Part shown: positions 37,859 through 47,164 of the stretch, piece by piece
How the letters are laid out: every line of letters starts with the position of its first letter
How positions within the stretch are numbered: the stretch's first letter is position 1
DNA from: Vulcanimicrobiota bacterium
GTDB lineage: Bacteria; Vulcanimicrobiota; Vulcanimicrobiia; Vulcanimicrobiales; Vulcanimicrobiaceae
NCBI GenBank assembly: GCA_963695225.1
Contig: OY968762.1
Span: 2,752,001 to 2,816,000, forward strand
DNA: 64,000 bases
Direction: 5' to 3'
The notes under the pieces: model-generated
Told to the model about the DNA's origin: nothing
The model's input: the letters and a program-made list of their open reading frames with translations, nothing else
Database searches by the model: none
Position numbers and translations under genes: made by a program

Positions 37859-38119
37859 ATGAGCGAGCAGATGAACATCTACGAGGCCCGGACACACTTC
37901 TCTAAGATTATCGAACGGGCAGAACACGGCGAAACGATCATCATCGCTCGCAACAATGTGCCGATCGTCGAACTGCGTCCAGTCCGACACGATTTGACCC
38001 TCCTAGGCGAACGCCTCAGGGCGCTGCGCGAGCGCATCAGAGACGAGAACGGCGGGAAGAGTATTCTCGACGCCGGCGAGACGTTCCGAGATCTAATCAA
38101 CCAAGGTCGCAGGTATTGA
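37859..38119 (+). CDS. Phd/YefM family antitoxin
   Basis: NIYEARTHFSKIIERAEHGETIIIARNNVPIVELRP. Confidence 0.9.
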   Translation: MSEQMNIYEARTHFSKIIERAEHGETIIIARNNVPIVELRPVRHDLTLLGERLRALRERIRDENGGKSILDAGETFRDLINQGRRY

Positions 38120-38120
38120 A

Positions 38121-38543
38121 GTGCCTTTGGTGATTGACGCATCCATCGCCCTAAGCTTCGTTCTGCCCAGCGAGGCGCTTTACGAACGCGTTTGGCAGCG
38201 GCTTAGCGACGAAGGCGGTGCCGCCCCGTTTCTTTGGCGCTGGGAAGTTCAGAATGCCCTCCTACTTAGCGAGCGCCGCGGCCGGCTTCGTCCGGCACAG
38301 GCGGTCGAAATACTGGCCGAACTTCGTGCTTTCCCAATCGAGTTTTATGCTCCCGCGACCCTCGGCCGAGACCTCGAGCTGGCACGCGAACATAACCTGA
38401 CCGTCTATGACTCCACCTATCTCGAACTCGCATTGCGAACGGGCGGCTCGCTGGCGACGACGGACGTGCAGCTTGCTAAAGCGGCACATCGCGTTGGTGT
38501 GCTCGCTTCTGAATGCCTTGATATCTTACCGTCGTCCATGTGA
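38121..38543 (+). CDS. vapC: VapC (PIN domain) toxin
   Basis: LVIDAS, WEVQNAL, LTVYDSTYLELA, LATTD; 1 nt after the antitoxin. Confidence 0.9.
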   Translation: MPLVIDASIALSFVLPSEALYERVWQRLSDEGGAAPFLWRWEVQNALLLSERRGRLRPAQAVEILAELRAFPIEFYAPATLGRDLELAREHNLTVYDSTYLELALRTGGSLATTDVQLAKAAHRVGVLASECLDILPSSM

Positions 38544-38729
38544 CTCCCGCGGCTAAGCCATCGACCGGGAGCCGGCCGAACTGCCGTCGACGCCTTGGCG
38601 GCGTCGATCCTCGAGGGGCGCAGGGCGGACCTCTCGTGTGAGCAAACGTGAGCAAACGGCGTCGATCCGTACCAGTCGGTCGCCGCTGACGCGGTGCCAA
38701 GCCGCGTGAAATAAGGGTTCGTCGGGTCT

Positions 38730-38817
38730 GGAGAGATGGCCGAGTGGCTGAAGGCGGCGGTCTTGAAAACCGCTGAACGTGATGAGCGTTCCGTGGGTTC
38801 GAATCCCACTCTCTCCT
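38730..38817 (+). tRNA. tRNA-Ser(TGA)
   Basis: GGAGAGA/TCTCTCC acceptor stem, GCGGT-CTTGAAA-ACCGC anticodon arm, long variable arm, GGTTCGAATCC; CCA not encoded. Confidence 0.96.
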
Positions 38818-38884
38818 TGGAAAGAAGCCCATATTAGCGGGCTTCTTCGTTGCATGATCCGAGCCGGACCGGGCCGAATCGGGA

Positions 38885-38913
38885 TTGAGAAACCTAACAA
38901 GATAGGTTATGAT
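38885..38913 (+). promoter_or_regulatory. Sigma70 promoter with operator palindrome in the spacer (leaderless transcript)
   Basis: TTGAGA-N17-TATGAT; AACCTA-N6-TAGGTT spans the spacer; GTG start 6 nt after the -10. Confidence 0.65.
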
Positions 38914-38919
38914 CAGGCG

Positions 38920-39152
38920 GTGCCGAGAATCGTTGTCGAACGGTTCGTGATTCGCGTCTACACGGATGACCGTGCGCCCGCGCATGGTCACGTATTTCGG
39001 GATGGAGCGGAGTTGCGCGTCTGCCTGCGCGGCTCTCGCCCGGCGGACGACATTCGCGGCCGGAGAAGGCTTCCGATCGGCGTCGCGCGATCGAGCTTGT
39101 CGCCGAGCATCGGTCCCAACTTCTCGTGATGTGGCGGAGGTATCACTCGTGA
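38920..39152 (+). pseudogene. Frameshifted DUF4160-family gene (putative toxin of the DUF4160/DUF2442 pair)
   Basis: First frame VPRIVVERFVIRVYTDDRAPAHGHVF. The family-like C-terminus KASDRRRAIELVAEHRSQLLVMWRRYHS* is in another frame; shift near 39063. Confidence 0.7.
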
Positions 39153-39538
39153 CTAGACCCCTGCGTGTCTCCACCGCGGCTGTCGCCCTTGGCGAGCGCC
39201 CGCGTCTCGTGCTGCGCTTGGCCGATCGCGATGTCGAGGTGTCGTTCCCGCTCTCGCTGATCGACAGTTTCCGCCGTCGCGCCGTGCCGCGGCGCGCGAT
39301 CGTCGACGGCTCGGCTGCGTTGACGAACGTCGTCGTCGAAGACGACGGAGGGACGATCGAATGGCCGGACCTCGACGTGAGCTTCTCTGTCGCCGAAATG
39401 CTCCCGGAATACCTCGGTCTGGTTGGCGCTGTTCGCTCGGCGGTTGCACGTAAGGCCGGGGCCGCGAAGACGCCGGCGAAAGCGCGGTCGTCCCGCGAGA
39501 ACGGCAAGCTCGGCGGCCGTCCTCGGAAGGTGGCGTGA
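39149..39538 (+). CDS. DUF2442-family protein (putative antitoxin)
   Basis: GTGA-coupled to the DUF4160 stop; GGTIEWPDLDVSFSV, AKARSSRENGKLGGRPRK. Confidence 0.8.
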   Translation: MTRPLRVSTAAVALGERPRLVLRLADRDVEVSFPLSLIDSFRRRAVPRRAIVDGSAALTNVVVEDDGGTIEWPDLDVSFSVAEMLPEYLGLVGAVRSAVARKAGAAKTPAKARSSRENGKLGGRPRKVA

Positions 39539-39584
39539 ATCGGCTGCGACCATCGACGGGCCGCCGAACCTCAAGCCCGCCTCA

Positions 39585-39719
39585 GCACAGGGTCTCCCAG
39601 GCTTGCTCTTGGCCGGAGACCGGCACGAGCAACTCCTCGCGACCGCGCCCGGCGTAATCGACGACTACCTCGACGCGGTGCGCGACCTTGGCCTTCCGAC
39701 TACGGCGACCACACCGTGA
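39585..39719 (+). pseudogene. HicB-like antitoxin remnant
   Basis: GLPGLLLAGDRHEQLLATAPGVIDDYLDAVRDLGLP resembles the HicB LPG...G.T.EE......AI..YL......G.P pattern; no credible start. Confidence 0.4.
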
Positions 39720-40149
39720 CGTAGAGCCGCGTGCCGTCGGCGGTTGCGCATGTCACGGGCGATGTAGGCTGGCCGCCGTTGAGGTTCGAGCCGATCTCGT
39801 CCACGCCGACCGGATCCTGATCTTCCACCTTGCAGAGCGGCATCGAGGGCTCGCCGCGGCCGCCGTAGTGCCGATAGGTATCCTTCCGATACACTTCCTC
39901 GATCTGTCGCCCCGGCGACTGAGTGGACGTTTCGGTTCCTTCGCGCGCGGTGATGAGGGTCAAGGAGTCGCCGAGTTCGGTCGTAGCCTCTTCGACGTGG
40001 TGGCTGCGACCGCTAACAAGATCGAACAACCCGCCCATAACGCCCCGCGCGACGACGGTGGGATCACTTGCGGCCCGGTTCTCTGGGGCGCAGCTCGTTA
40101 GCCCAATCACTAAGAACACGCTTATACAGGCGCGTAGCCGTGCGTTCAT
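39700..40149 (-). CDS. Hypothetical lipoprotein
   Basis: ATG 40149: MNARLRACISVFLVIGLTSC lipobox. Confidence 0.55.
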   Translation of the reverse strand: MNARLRACISVFLVIGLTSCAPENRAASDPTVVARGVMGGLFDLVSGRSHHVEEATTELGDSLTLITAREGTETSTQSPGRQIEEVYRKDTYRHYGGRGEPSMPLCKVEDQDPVGVDEIGSNLNGGQPTSPVTCATADGTRLYVTVWSP

Positions 40150-40441
40150 CGTCTTTACGCTACCACGGCGCAGCTCAGGCCGGGAGTGAGTCGTATGGCC
40201 CGCCGAGGATAACGCGCGACCGAAAGCCAGGCTGCATCCCGAGCATTGCTGGTATCCCAGATACTCAGCGCCCGCTCGCTGCCATCGTGAACATTGGTAG
40301 CAACTTCGGCGAGTCCGGCGTTCTTCGGTCAAACGAACGAAGTCGACCGGCAGCTTCGGCGGCGACGGCCCACAATTTGTTTCGAATTGCGAACTTTGAG
40401 CGACGATGGCTTCTGCAGTATAAGAAGTGCTAGAGTGAGGG

Positions 40442-41209
40442 ATGGAAGTTCGTATCGATGAAATCGCAGAGCGGATCTATCGTTTCTCGACGTTCGTGCC
40501 TCAAGCCGGGATCGTCTTCAATCAGTTTCTGATCGATGCCGAGGAGCCGCTCCTCTTCCACACCGGCATGAAGCATCAATTCCCGCAGGTTCGAGATGCG
40601 TTACGCAAGGTCATGGACCCCTCTCGCCTGCGCTGGATCGCTTTCGGTCACTATGAAGCGGACGAGTGCGGTGCAATGAACGATTGGCTCGCAGCGGCTC
40701 CGCGGGCTACGGTTATGCACGGGGCAACCGGTGTCATGGTTTCGGTTGCAGATCAGGCGAGCCGTGAACCCCGCAGTTTAGTCGACGGAGAAACGGTCGA
40801 TCTTGGCGGCCGAAGCGTCGTTTATATCGCAACGCCCCACGTGCCGCACGGTTGGGATGCCGGGTTGATTTATGAGCGCGAAACGGCGACGCTTTTCGCG
40901 GGCGATCTATTCGCGGCGATAGGCAATGGGCCCGCAACGACTGCCGCGGATATCGTCACGCCCGCGCTTTCGGCAGAGGACGCTTTTCATTCCACCGCCC
41001 TTACCCCACAGACGGGCCCAACTTTGCGAAGACTAGCTAAGTTTGAAATGAAACGGCTAGCGCTCATGCACGCGCCATGTTACACGGGTGACGGGTCTCA
41101 GGCACTGCGGGACCTCGGTGATGCCTACGCCGCGCGTGAACGCGAGCAGTCGGCCGAGTTGTATAAGGCCGGAAGCGCCGGGGAAGCAGCTCAAGGTCTG
41201 CGCGCTTGA
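40442..41209 (+). CDS. MBL-fold protein (FprA/ODP-like di-iron type)
   Basis: FNQFLI, HTG, GHYEADECG, TPHVPHGW, LFAGDLF, LMHA. Confidence 0.82.
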   Translation: MEVRIDEIAERIYRFSTFVPQAGIVFNQFLIDAEEPLLFHTGMKHQFPQVRDALRKVMDPSRLRWIAFGHYEADECGAMNDWLAAAPRATVMHGATGVMVSVADQASREPRSLVDGETVDLGGRSVVYIATPHVPHGWDAGLIYERETATLFAGDLFAAIGNGPATTAADIVTPALSAEDAFHSTALTPQTGPTLRRLAKFEMKRLALMHAPCYTGDGSQALRDLGDAYAAREREQSAELYKAGSAGEAAQGLRA

Positions 41210-41216
41210 ATTCAGG

Positions 41217-42998
41217 TCACCTGAAATCTCCCGGCCAGAGATGCAGAGTGCCGGCGGCACACTTGCTGCGATTGTCCAACAAGTCGCCGATGCAGCGATA
41301 GCGCTCGCGGTCGCCCGCTGGTTGAATCGCCGCTTTGACCTCATGCGCGATCGCGCTCGACGGCCCGAGCACGAAGACGTCGCTATAGGCGCTGTGACGT
41401 TTGAGCGCGTCGAGATCGAACTTTGCGGAAGCATCGATTTGGCAGAGATAGCAGCGTGGGCGCAATTGCAGCGCGACTTTGGGATCGAGGTAATTGCTCA
41501 GCGACAACGGGCGCTCCACGAACTCGTCGCTCAATAGGAGCGGGTGATCCGATTGATTGATGGCGCGCGCGACCTCGATCGACCGTTCGCCCCATTTGCT
41601 CCACCAGGTATCCGCATTCGCGCTGACGCCGCACGATGCGGCGCGTGCGACGAGTACACCGGCGAACACCAGCGTCCACGCTCGGCGCTGCGCGCTGCCG
41701 AAGCGCCCCGGCTTCAACGTCGACGCGAAGAGATAGGCCAGCGCGAGATCGATCCCAAGATAAACCGGCATGAAGTAGCGTGGTTGCGTGGTAAACGTGT
41801 TCGCTCGAAACAGGTCCAACAGGAGAAACGGTGCTGCTGCGAAGATCGTCGTTGTCACGATGAACAGCCACGTCACCGTCGGTGCCGTTCGGACCAAACG
41901 ATAAAACGCGTAGCCGATCAGCACGAGAGCCGCGAACGACGTCAGTATTGCGAACGCGTTCCGGCCGGCGAGATTGAAGTCTAAAAAGTTGTGGTCGAGC
42001 AGTCCGGCGAAGTGTGGGATCACCGCGAGCTTCGAGCCGTACCTTTCGTCCGTCAGCCCCATGGCGCGATCGACTGTGTGAAAGTTGCTGTAGAGGATCG
42101 CGACCCACGGCAAGAAGGCGGCACACCCGGCGAGCGTGGCGACGGCTGGCGAAACGAGTGTGCGCAGGCCGGTCCGTTTCGCTCTCCAAGCAACCAGGAT
42201 GTTGCTCGCGGCGAAAACACCTGAGACCGGGTAGACGTACAGGCTCGCGCCGAGCGCGAGCGCATACAGCGCCCAAGCTCGCGCCGACATCAAACGCAGT
42301 GCGCGCAAGAATGTCGCGCTCATGACGATGACGGCGAGGCTCCAGAAGATATACTCGCGGGCTTCTTGCGAATACAGCACGGCGATCGGCGAAACGGCAT
42401 AGAGCGCGGCGCCCAACCACGCCGCGAGCCTCGAGCCGAAAAGCTCGATGCCGAGCCAATACATGAACGGCAGCGCGACTACGCCGGCGATCGCCGACAG
42501 CGTTCGGATCGAGGCCACGGAATCACCGAACAGTTTAACCCAGAGATGCCCGGCGATATAGTACAGCGGCGGATGCTGCGGGTCTTCGACGGCCAGCGAA
42601 TGGATGGTCTCGCCGACGGTCGTCGTCAGCGGCCCTGCGGGGTGCAGTACTGCGCGCAATGCCGACGCGTCGATGATCTGAGCCGAACGTCGAACGACGT
42701 CGGCCTCGGTCACGCCGAGCACGTGGAGCGACGTGTAGGTCTCGTCCTCCCAGTAGACTTTGCGCTCGATGTGATAGAAGCGGAAGAAGACGCCTAGCAG
42801 CACGGCGACGAGGATGCACGCGCTTACTAGGGAGACCTGCGGCCGGCGGCTTGACCGGCGATCAGACGACGTCGCCGGGCCGGCTGCGCGAGCGCTGCGC
42901 CCAAGTCGCTGGAGTTGGTGAGCGAAATTGCTGGCGCGAGCCCCGGCGTTCAGGCCGGGGCGTCGTCGTACGACACTCGTTTGGGAAATCGGATCCAC
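41217..42998 (-). CDS. Multi-TM GT-C glycosyltransferase (GT39/ArnT/PMT-like)
   Basis: VYWEDETYT, DPQHPPLYY, YSQEAREY, PRYF. Start uncertain; GTG 42998 follows TACAAT. Confidence 0.78.
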   Translation of the reverse strand: MDPISQTSVVRRRPGLNAGARASNFAHQLQRLGRSARAAGPATSSDRRSSRRPQVSLVSACILVAVLLGVFFRFYHIERKVYWEDETYTSLHVLGVTEADVVRRSAQIIDASALRAVLHPAGPLTTTVGETIHSLAVEDPQHPPLYYIAGHLWVKLFGDSVASIRTLSAIAGVVALPFMYWLGIELFGSRLAAWLGAALYAVSPIAVLYSQEAREYIFWSLAVIVMSATFLRALRLMSARAWALYALALGASLYVYPVSGVFAASNILVAWRAKRTGLRTLVSPAVATLAGCAAFLPWVAILYSNFHTVDRAMGLTDERYGSKLAVIPHFAGLLDHNFLDFNLAGRNAFAILTSFAALVLIGYAFYRLVRTAPTVTWLFIVTTTIFAAAPFLLLDLFRANTFTTQPRYFMPVYLGIDLALAYLFASTLKPGRFGSAQRRAWTLVFAGVLVARAASCGVSANADTWWSKWGERSIEVARAINQSDHPLLLSDEFVERPLSLSNYLDPKVALQLRPRCYLCQIDASAKFDLDALKRHSAYSDVFVLGPSSAIAHEVKAAIQPAGDRERYRCIGDLLDNRSKCAAGTLHLWPGDFR

Positions 42999-43073
42999 GC
43001 TACGGCATTGTAACCCGACCGCGTGGCCGAGCCTAGGAACGAGAGTCCCCTTCCGCCGAGACGAAAGTTTGAG

Positions 43074-43292
43074 GGCGTCGGAGACGCCTAGAAGCGAGTA
43101 GGCGCCGCCGGGCGGCCCGCCGGCGGCAGCCCCCGAGCGGCCGAAGCGTCCCGGGGGCTCGGAGGGCACGTCCCGGGCACGGCTACGCCCGGGTCTGCGT
43201 GGAAACCCAAGCGGGGCACGTGCCCTCCGGGAACTACCGCGTCCTGTGCGTGGACCCCAAGCATTCCGCCGCGGACGCGATCTGCCGCGGCG
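43074..43292. other. Dense cluster of hairpins with a duplicated internal motif (possible structured RNA)
   Basis: Several 6-12 bp stems back to back; TGCGTGGA(AA/C)CCCAAGC occurs twice. Confidence 0.4.
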
Positions 43293-43307
43293 TGAGGTCC
43301 TGGCCGG

Positions 43308-43625
43308 TTAGCGAGAAACCGTCGTTTCGGTTTGGTGGCGCATCAGTTCGGAGGTCATCTCTTCGAACTTGGCAACCGCGGCCGCCAGCCTCGCGGAGGC
43401 GTCTTGTGCGGCGCGTAGCGCGGCCAGATTCGCTTCGTAATCGGTAGCGGGATTGGGGAGCGCGACGACCGGGCGTTCCTCGGGAGGAGCGAGTTGGGCC
43501 TTGAGGTTTTGGACCGCTTCATGCGCGCTTTGGGCGATCTCATGCAGGACGACCACCTGGAAGCTGAGACCTAGGAGGGCGATGAAGACGATCGAGATCA
43601 GGACGCTTAAAACTACGATGGCCAT
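43308..43625 (-). CDS. Small membrane-anchored coiled-coil protein
   Basis: AGGAG RBS, N-terminal TM, helical C-terminus. Confidence 0.55.
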   Translation of the reverse strand: MAIVVLSVLISIVFIALLGLSFQVVVLHEIAQSAHEAVQNLKAQLAPPEERPVVALPNPATDYEANLAALRAAQDASARLAAAVAKFEEMTSELMRHQTETTVSR

Positions 43626-43792
43626 GGCGGTCGAGTGCTTCTCCTAGTCTGTAGTGGAGGGCAAGGGTGATGAGGGTCGGGGACCTATGCTAAGTATCGT
43701 TTCGCTGAGTGGATTTCTGAAGCATTCCGCCGGCCCGAGCAGCCCGCCGAAATCGAAGCGGCGTCCGTCAATTGGGCCCTCCATGGCGCCTG

Positions 43793-44395
43793 CTAGCGCC
43801 GCTCCGTCGGATCGTCCGTCGTAGCTTCGGCCGTGAGGCCGATCGTCACGTCGTAGCCGACGAGCAGCACGCCCGCGGGCGTCAGCGTCCCGTCGAGCAT
43901 GCCGAAGTCCCGCCGGTCGACGTGAAATTGCGCGCTGTAACCGGCGCGCGTCCCTTTCCCTTCGGGGATGCGCCCCTCGAGGTGCCCGCGGAAGGAGACG
44001 GGCTTCGTGACGTTCTTGATCGTGAGGTCGCCGGTCACGAGGAAATCGTCCGCCCCGGTGGGCGCGATCTTCGTGGAATGGAACGTCATCGTCGGATAGC
44101 GCGCCACGTCGAAGAAGCTCTCGGAGCGCAGTGCCGTGTCGCGCTCGTGATTGTCCGTGTCCTCGTGCGACACGTCCAAGACGGCGTCGATCCGTTCGGG
44201 GATCGCGCTGCCGGACGGCGTCACGATCGCAAGGGATCGAATCGGAACGTGCCCCCACACCTTTGAGACGACCATGTGCGAGACCGTGAACTCGACGCGC
44301 GAATGCACGAGATCGGGCGCCCAGGAGACCGGGGGCGGGGCCGCCGCGAGGAGCGTCGCGGCGCCGGCTGCGAGGAGAGCGGCGAAGAAGTTCAT
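43793..44395 (-). CDS. YceI family protein
   Basis: HSRVEFTVSHM, DTDNHERDTALRSESFFDVARYPTMTF, GDLTIKNVTKPV, DRRDFG. Confidence 0.93.
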   Translation of the reverse strand: MNFFAALLAAGAATLLAAAPPPVSWAPDLVHSRVEFTVSHMVVSKVWGHVPIRSLAIVTPSGSAIPERIDAVLDVSHEDTDNHERDTALRSESFFDVARYPTMTFHSTKIAPTGADDFLVTGDLTIKNVTKPVSFRGHLEGRIPEGKGTRAGYSAQFHVDRRDFGMLDGTLTPAGVLLVGYDVTIGLTAEATTDDPTERR

Positions 44396-44411
44396 CCGGT
44401 GAGTCTCCCGG

Positions 44412-47144
44412 CTAGCGGACGTGCACGGTGTAGTTGAACTGGACCGTGCGATAGGGCAGGCCGAATTGCTCCGTCGCCGCCGGGCCGAACTTGGAATAGT
44501 CCGTCGCGTACTGATTCAGCGCGAACGGGACACCTTCGTAGCGCAGGCCTTGGATGCTCGCATCCTGGTTGAACAGGTTCCCTACGCTGACCGAGAGGAC
44601 CGAGTTTCCGTGCGCGACGGCGACGAGCAAGTCGCTGAAGTCATACGCGGGCAAGTGCTTCGTGTTCCCCCCGGAGATCCAGTGATATCCGTAGCGGACC
44701 TCGACCTCTCCGATCGTCTGGTCGAGCGCGGCGTTGAGCTTGTGCAGCGGTACGTTCGGGTTCTGCAATTGCGAGCCGACGATCAGCGTCGGGTTCTGTT
44801 CGAGTAGGAGATCGGGTGCCGAGAGCAGCGCCGTCGAATCGAGCGCCCAATCGTAATCGACGAACGTCCGCTTCGCGAAGCGGGTGCGCCCGGAGAACAT
44901 GAGGCCTCGGGCGCGCAATTGCCCGATGTTCAGCCACCCGTTCAAGGCGGGCTGCGCGACGCCGGGCGCGCAACCGTTGCTCTGCGCGAGGCTCGCGAGC
45001 GTGGCCGTCGTCTGCGCGAGATATGCCGGGTCGATGAACGACGTCCCGGTCCGGCCGAGCGGAAACAGCGCGTTGTAGAGCTTGTCGAACACGTTCACGT
45101 TGTACAGGACGATCTGGGCCTGCGTATCGCCGCGGAAGCGGTGTCCGTAGGCCAACTCGGCATCGACGCCGCGCTCGGGCTTCAGCGCGGAAGAGGGCAC
45201 GTTGCCGATCGAGTTCAGGCCGCAGGTGAACGCGGTGCCGCCGCCCGCTCCGTTGTTGAACGACGGAACGAACGGTTGACCGATCATGTCGCCGGACGGC
45301 TGCGTCGTCGTGGCGCCGGCGGAGGCGCGGATCAGATCGCGCGAGCTCGCCGAGTACGCGATCGAGAGGCGCGGATCGACGTAGGACGACTTCGTCGCGC
45401 TCGCCTGCATGAGGCGCACGTCCGCGAACGCGCGCAGCGGAGAGTCGTGCGGGTGATAGGCGTCGTGCAGGATGAAACCCGTCTCGCGAACGATCGGCGC
45501 GCCGACCGCGGCCGAATAGGGGTTGTACGTGGCGAACTTCAGGTTGTAGGCGAGGTTCAGGTACGTGTAGCCGATGCCGAGATCGTTGTTCGCGCCGAGC
45601 AGCGTATCGGTGACGGTCGCGCCCGTTTCGATTTCGTTCCAGTTGACGGTAAAGGCCCCCGGCGTTCCGGCGGGGAGCGCGTCGGCGCGGCTGATCGTGT
45701 TCAGATAGCGATCCGTGAAGACGTCGGCGCGCACGTCGTGCCGCCCCGGCGTCGATTCGAAGCCGAGATGATAATCGTTCAAGTTGAACGATTGCCACGC
45801 CGGCCCCGCCCCTTGGAAACCGGCATTCGCCGCGGCGTAGGAGGCGGGCGTTTGGCAGAGGCTCCCGCCGTCCGGCAAACCGTTCGGCCCCGTCCCGTAC
45901 GGGACGCCGTTCGCGTTCGTCCCGGGGAATTGGCCCTGCGGACAGGGGTTCGGCGTGGTCGCCGCCGCTGCGTTCGCTTGCGCGAGTTGTTGGTTGCCTT
46001 GAGCGAGCGCCGTCCCGTAATCGAGATAGTCGCCGTCGCCGTTTCCGGTCTTATCGTTCCAATACGTCCCGGCAAGCGCGGTGAACGTGAGGCGGCCGGC
46101 GGGCCCCAGATCGTAACGCAGCTTCGCGAGCCCGCTGTGCGAAACGGCCGACGAGTCGTCGCGATAGACGCCGAGCGCCCACACGGGCGATCCGGCCGGC
46201 GCCGCGACGTCGTACGCCGCGCCGGGTTGATAGAAGGCCGAATCGTGGATCGGGCCGTCGAGCCCCGAGGCTCCATAGGCGAATGCGTAAGCGAAGCGCC
46301 CGCCCGAACCGCTCGCTTGCAGCGCGCTCGCGGCTTTGTCGAACGTCCCGTAACCTTGCGTGAACGAGAACCGTCGGTCTTGCGTCGGCTCGAGCGTTTG
46401 GAAATCGATAATGCCCCCGATCGCGCTCTGCCCGACGACGTTGCTCCCGGAACCGTACGTGACGCCGATGCTGCGGAACGGGAAGACCGGCGAGACCTGA
46501 TAGTTGTAACCCCCGGGGAAACCATACGCGATCGGATGCCCGTCCAGCATTGCGGTCGTCTCGAGCGTTCCGATGCCGCGCAGGTTCAGTTGGAGATCGT
46601 CTCCGAGGGCCGCGGTGTCGCCGTTGATCCCGTTGTTGATGCCGGGGAGCAAACGTAACGCATCGCCCGCGCGGTAGACGCCCGCGGCGGCCAGCACCTC
46701 CGTCGAGAGCGTTCGCGTCGTCGTGCTCGACCGTTGCAACGCGTCGCCGCTCTTGACCGAGGTGCGGCCGATGACCGTCAGCTCCCGCGCCGCCGGTGCG
46801 GCGGCAAGCGCGAGCGTCACGGTCGCGGCGGAGCCCGCGGTCAGTGCGATCGTGTCGGATTCCGCCGGCTGGTATCCGCTCCGCGCGACCCGCAGTTGAT
46901 AGAGACCCGGCTGCAGGCTGCTAAGCCGAAACTCGCCGCGGGCGTCGCTCGTGACGGTGACGTCGCGATCGATGACGGCAACCGTCGCATCGGTGAGGGC
47001 GAGCCCCGTTTGGGCGTCGACGATCAGCCCGTCGATTTCGGAGAGCGCGGCGGCGGTCTGCGCGAAAGCCGGCGCCGCGAGGGCGAAGGCGAACGCTAAC
47101 GAGACCGTCGCCGCGAACGTGCGTCGCGCGCGCGTCAGGGTCAT
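44412..47144 (-). CDS. TonB-dependent receptor with N-terminal carboxypeptidase-regulatory-like domain
   Basis: Signal peptide, TSDARGEF, plug motifs LRLLPGI / LRG / LDGHP, LKPERG, NLFN, terminal strand. Confidence 0.85.
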   Translation of the reverse strand: MTLTRARRTFAATVSLAFAFALAAPAFAQTAAALSEIDGLIVDAQTGLALTDATVAVIDRDVTVTSDARGEFRLSSLQPGLYQLRVARSGYQPAESDTIALTAGSAATVTLALAAAPAARELTVIGRTSVKSGDALQRSSTTTRTLSTEVLAAAGVYRAGDALRLLPGINNGINGDTAALGDDLQLNLRGIGTLETTAMLDGHPIAYGFPGGYNYQVSPVFPFRSIGVTYGSGSNVVGQSAIGGIIDFQTLEPTQDRRFSFTQGYGTFDKAASALQASGSGGRFAYAFAYGASGLDGPIHDSAFYQPGAAYDVAAPAGSPVWALGVYRDDSSAVSHSGLAKLRYDLGPAGRLTFTALAGTYWNDKTGNGDGDYLDYGTALAQGNQQLAQANAAAATTPNPCPQGQFPGTNANGVPYGTGPNGLPDGGSLCQTPASYAAANAGFQGAGPAWQSFNLNDYHLGFESTPGRHDVRADVFTDRYLNTISRADALPAGTPGAFTVNWNEIETGATVTDTLLGANNDLGIGYTYLNLAYNLKFATYNPYSAAVGAPIVRETGFILHDAYHPHDSPLRAFADVRLMQASATKSSYVDPRLSIAYSASSRDLIRASAGATTTQPSGDMIGQPFVPSFNNGAGGGTAFTCGLNSIGNVPSSALKPERGVDAELAYGHRFRGDTQAQIVLYNVNVFDKLYNALFPLGRTGTSFIDPAYLAQTTATLASLAQSNGCAPGVAQPALNGWLNIGQLRARGLMFSGRTRFAKRTFVDYDWALDSTALLSAPDLLLEQNPTLIVGSQLQNPNVPLHKLNAALDQTIGEVEVRYGYHWISGGNTKHLPAYDFSDLLVAVAHGNSVLSVSVGNLFNQDASIQGLRYEGVPFALNQYATDYSKFGPAATEQFGLPYRTVQFNYTVHVR

Positions 47145-47164
47145 CGAGAAGCTCCTACGGCGTT

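Noticed and set aside
43020..43307. tmRNA, RNase P, SRP or 6S identity for the structured tract
   Set aside because: Lacks tRNA-like ends, GAGGAAAGTCC and the SRP TCAGG..GGAA..AGCAGC motif; kept as an unknown structure.
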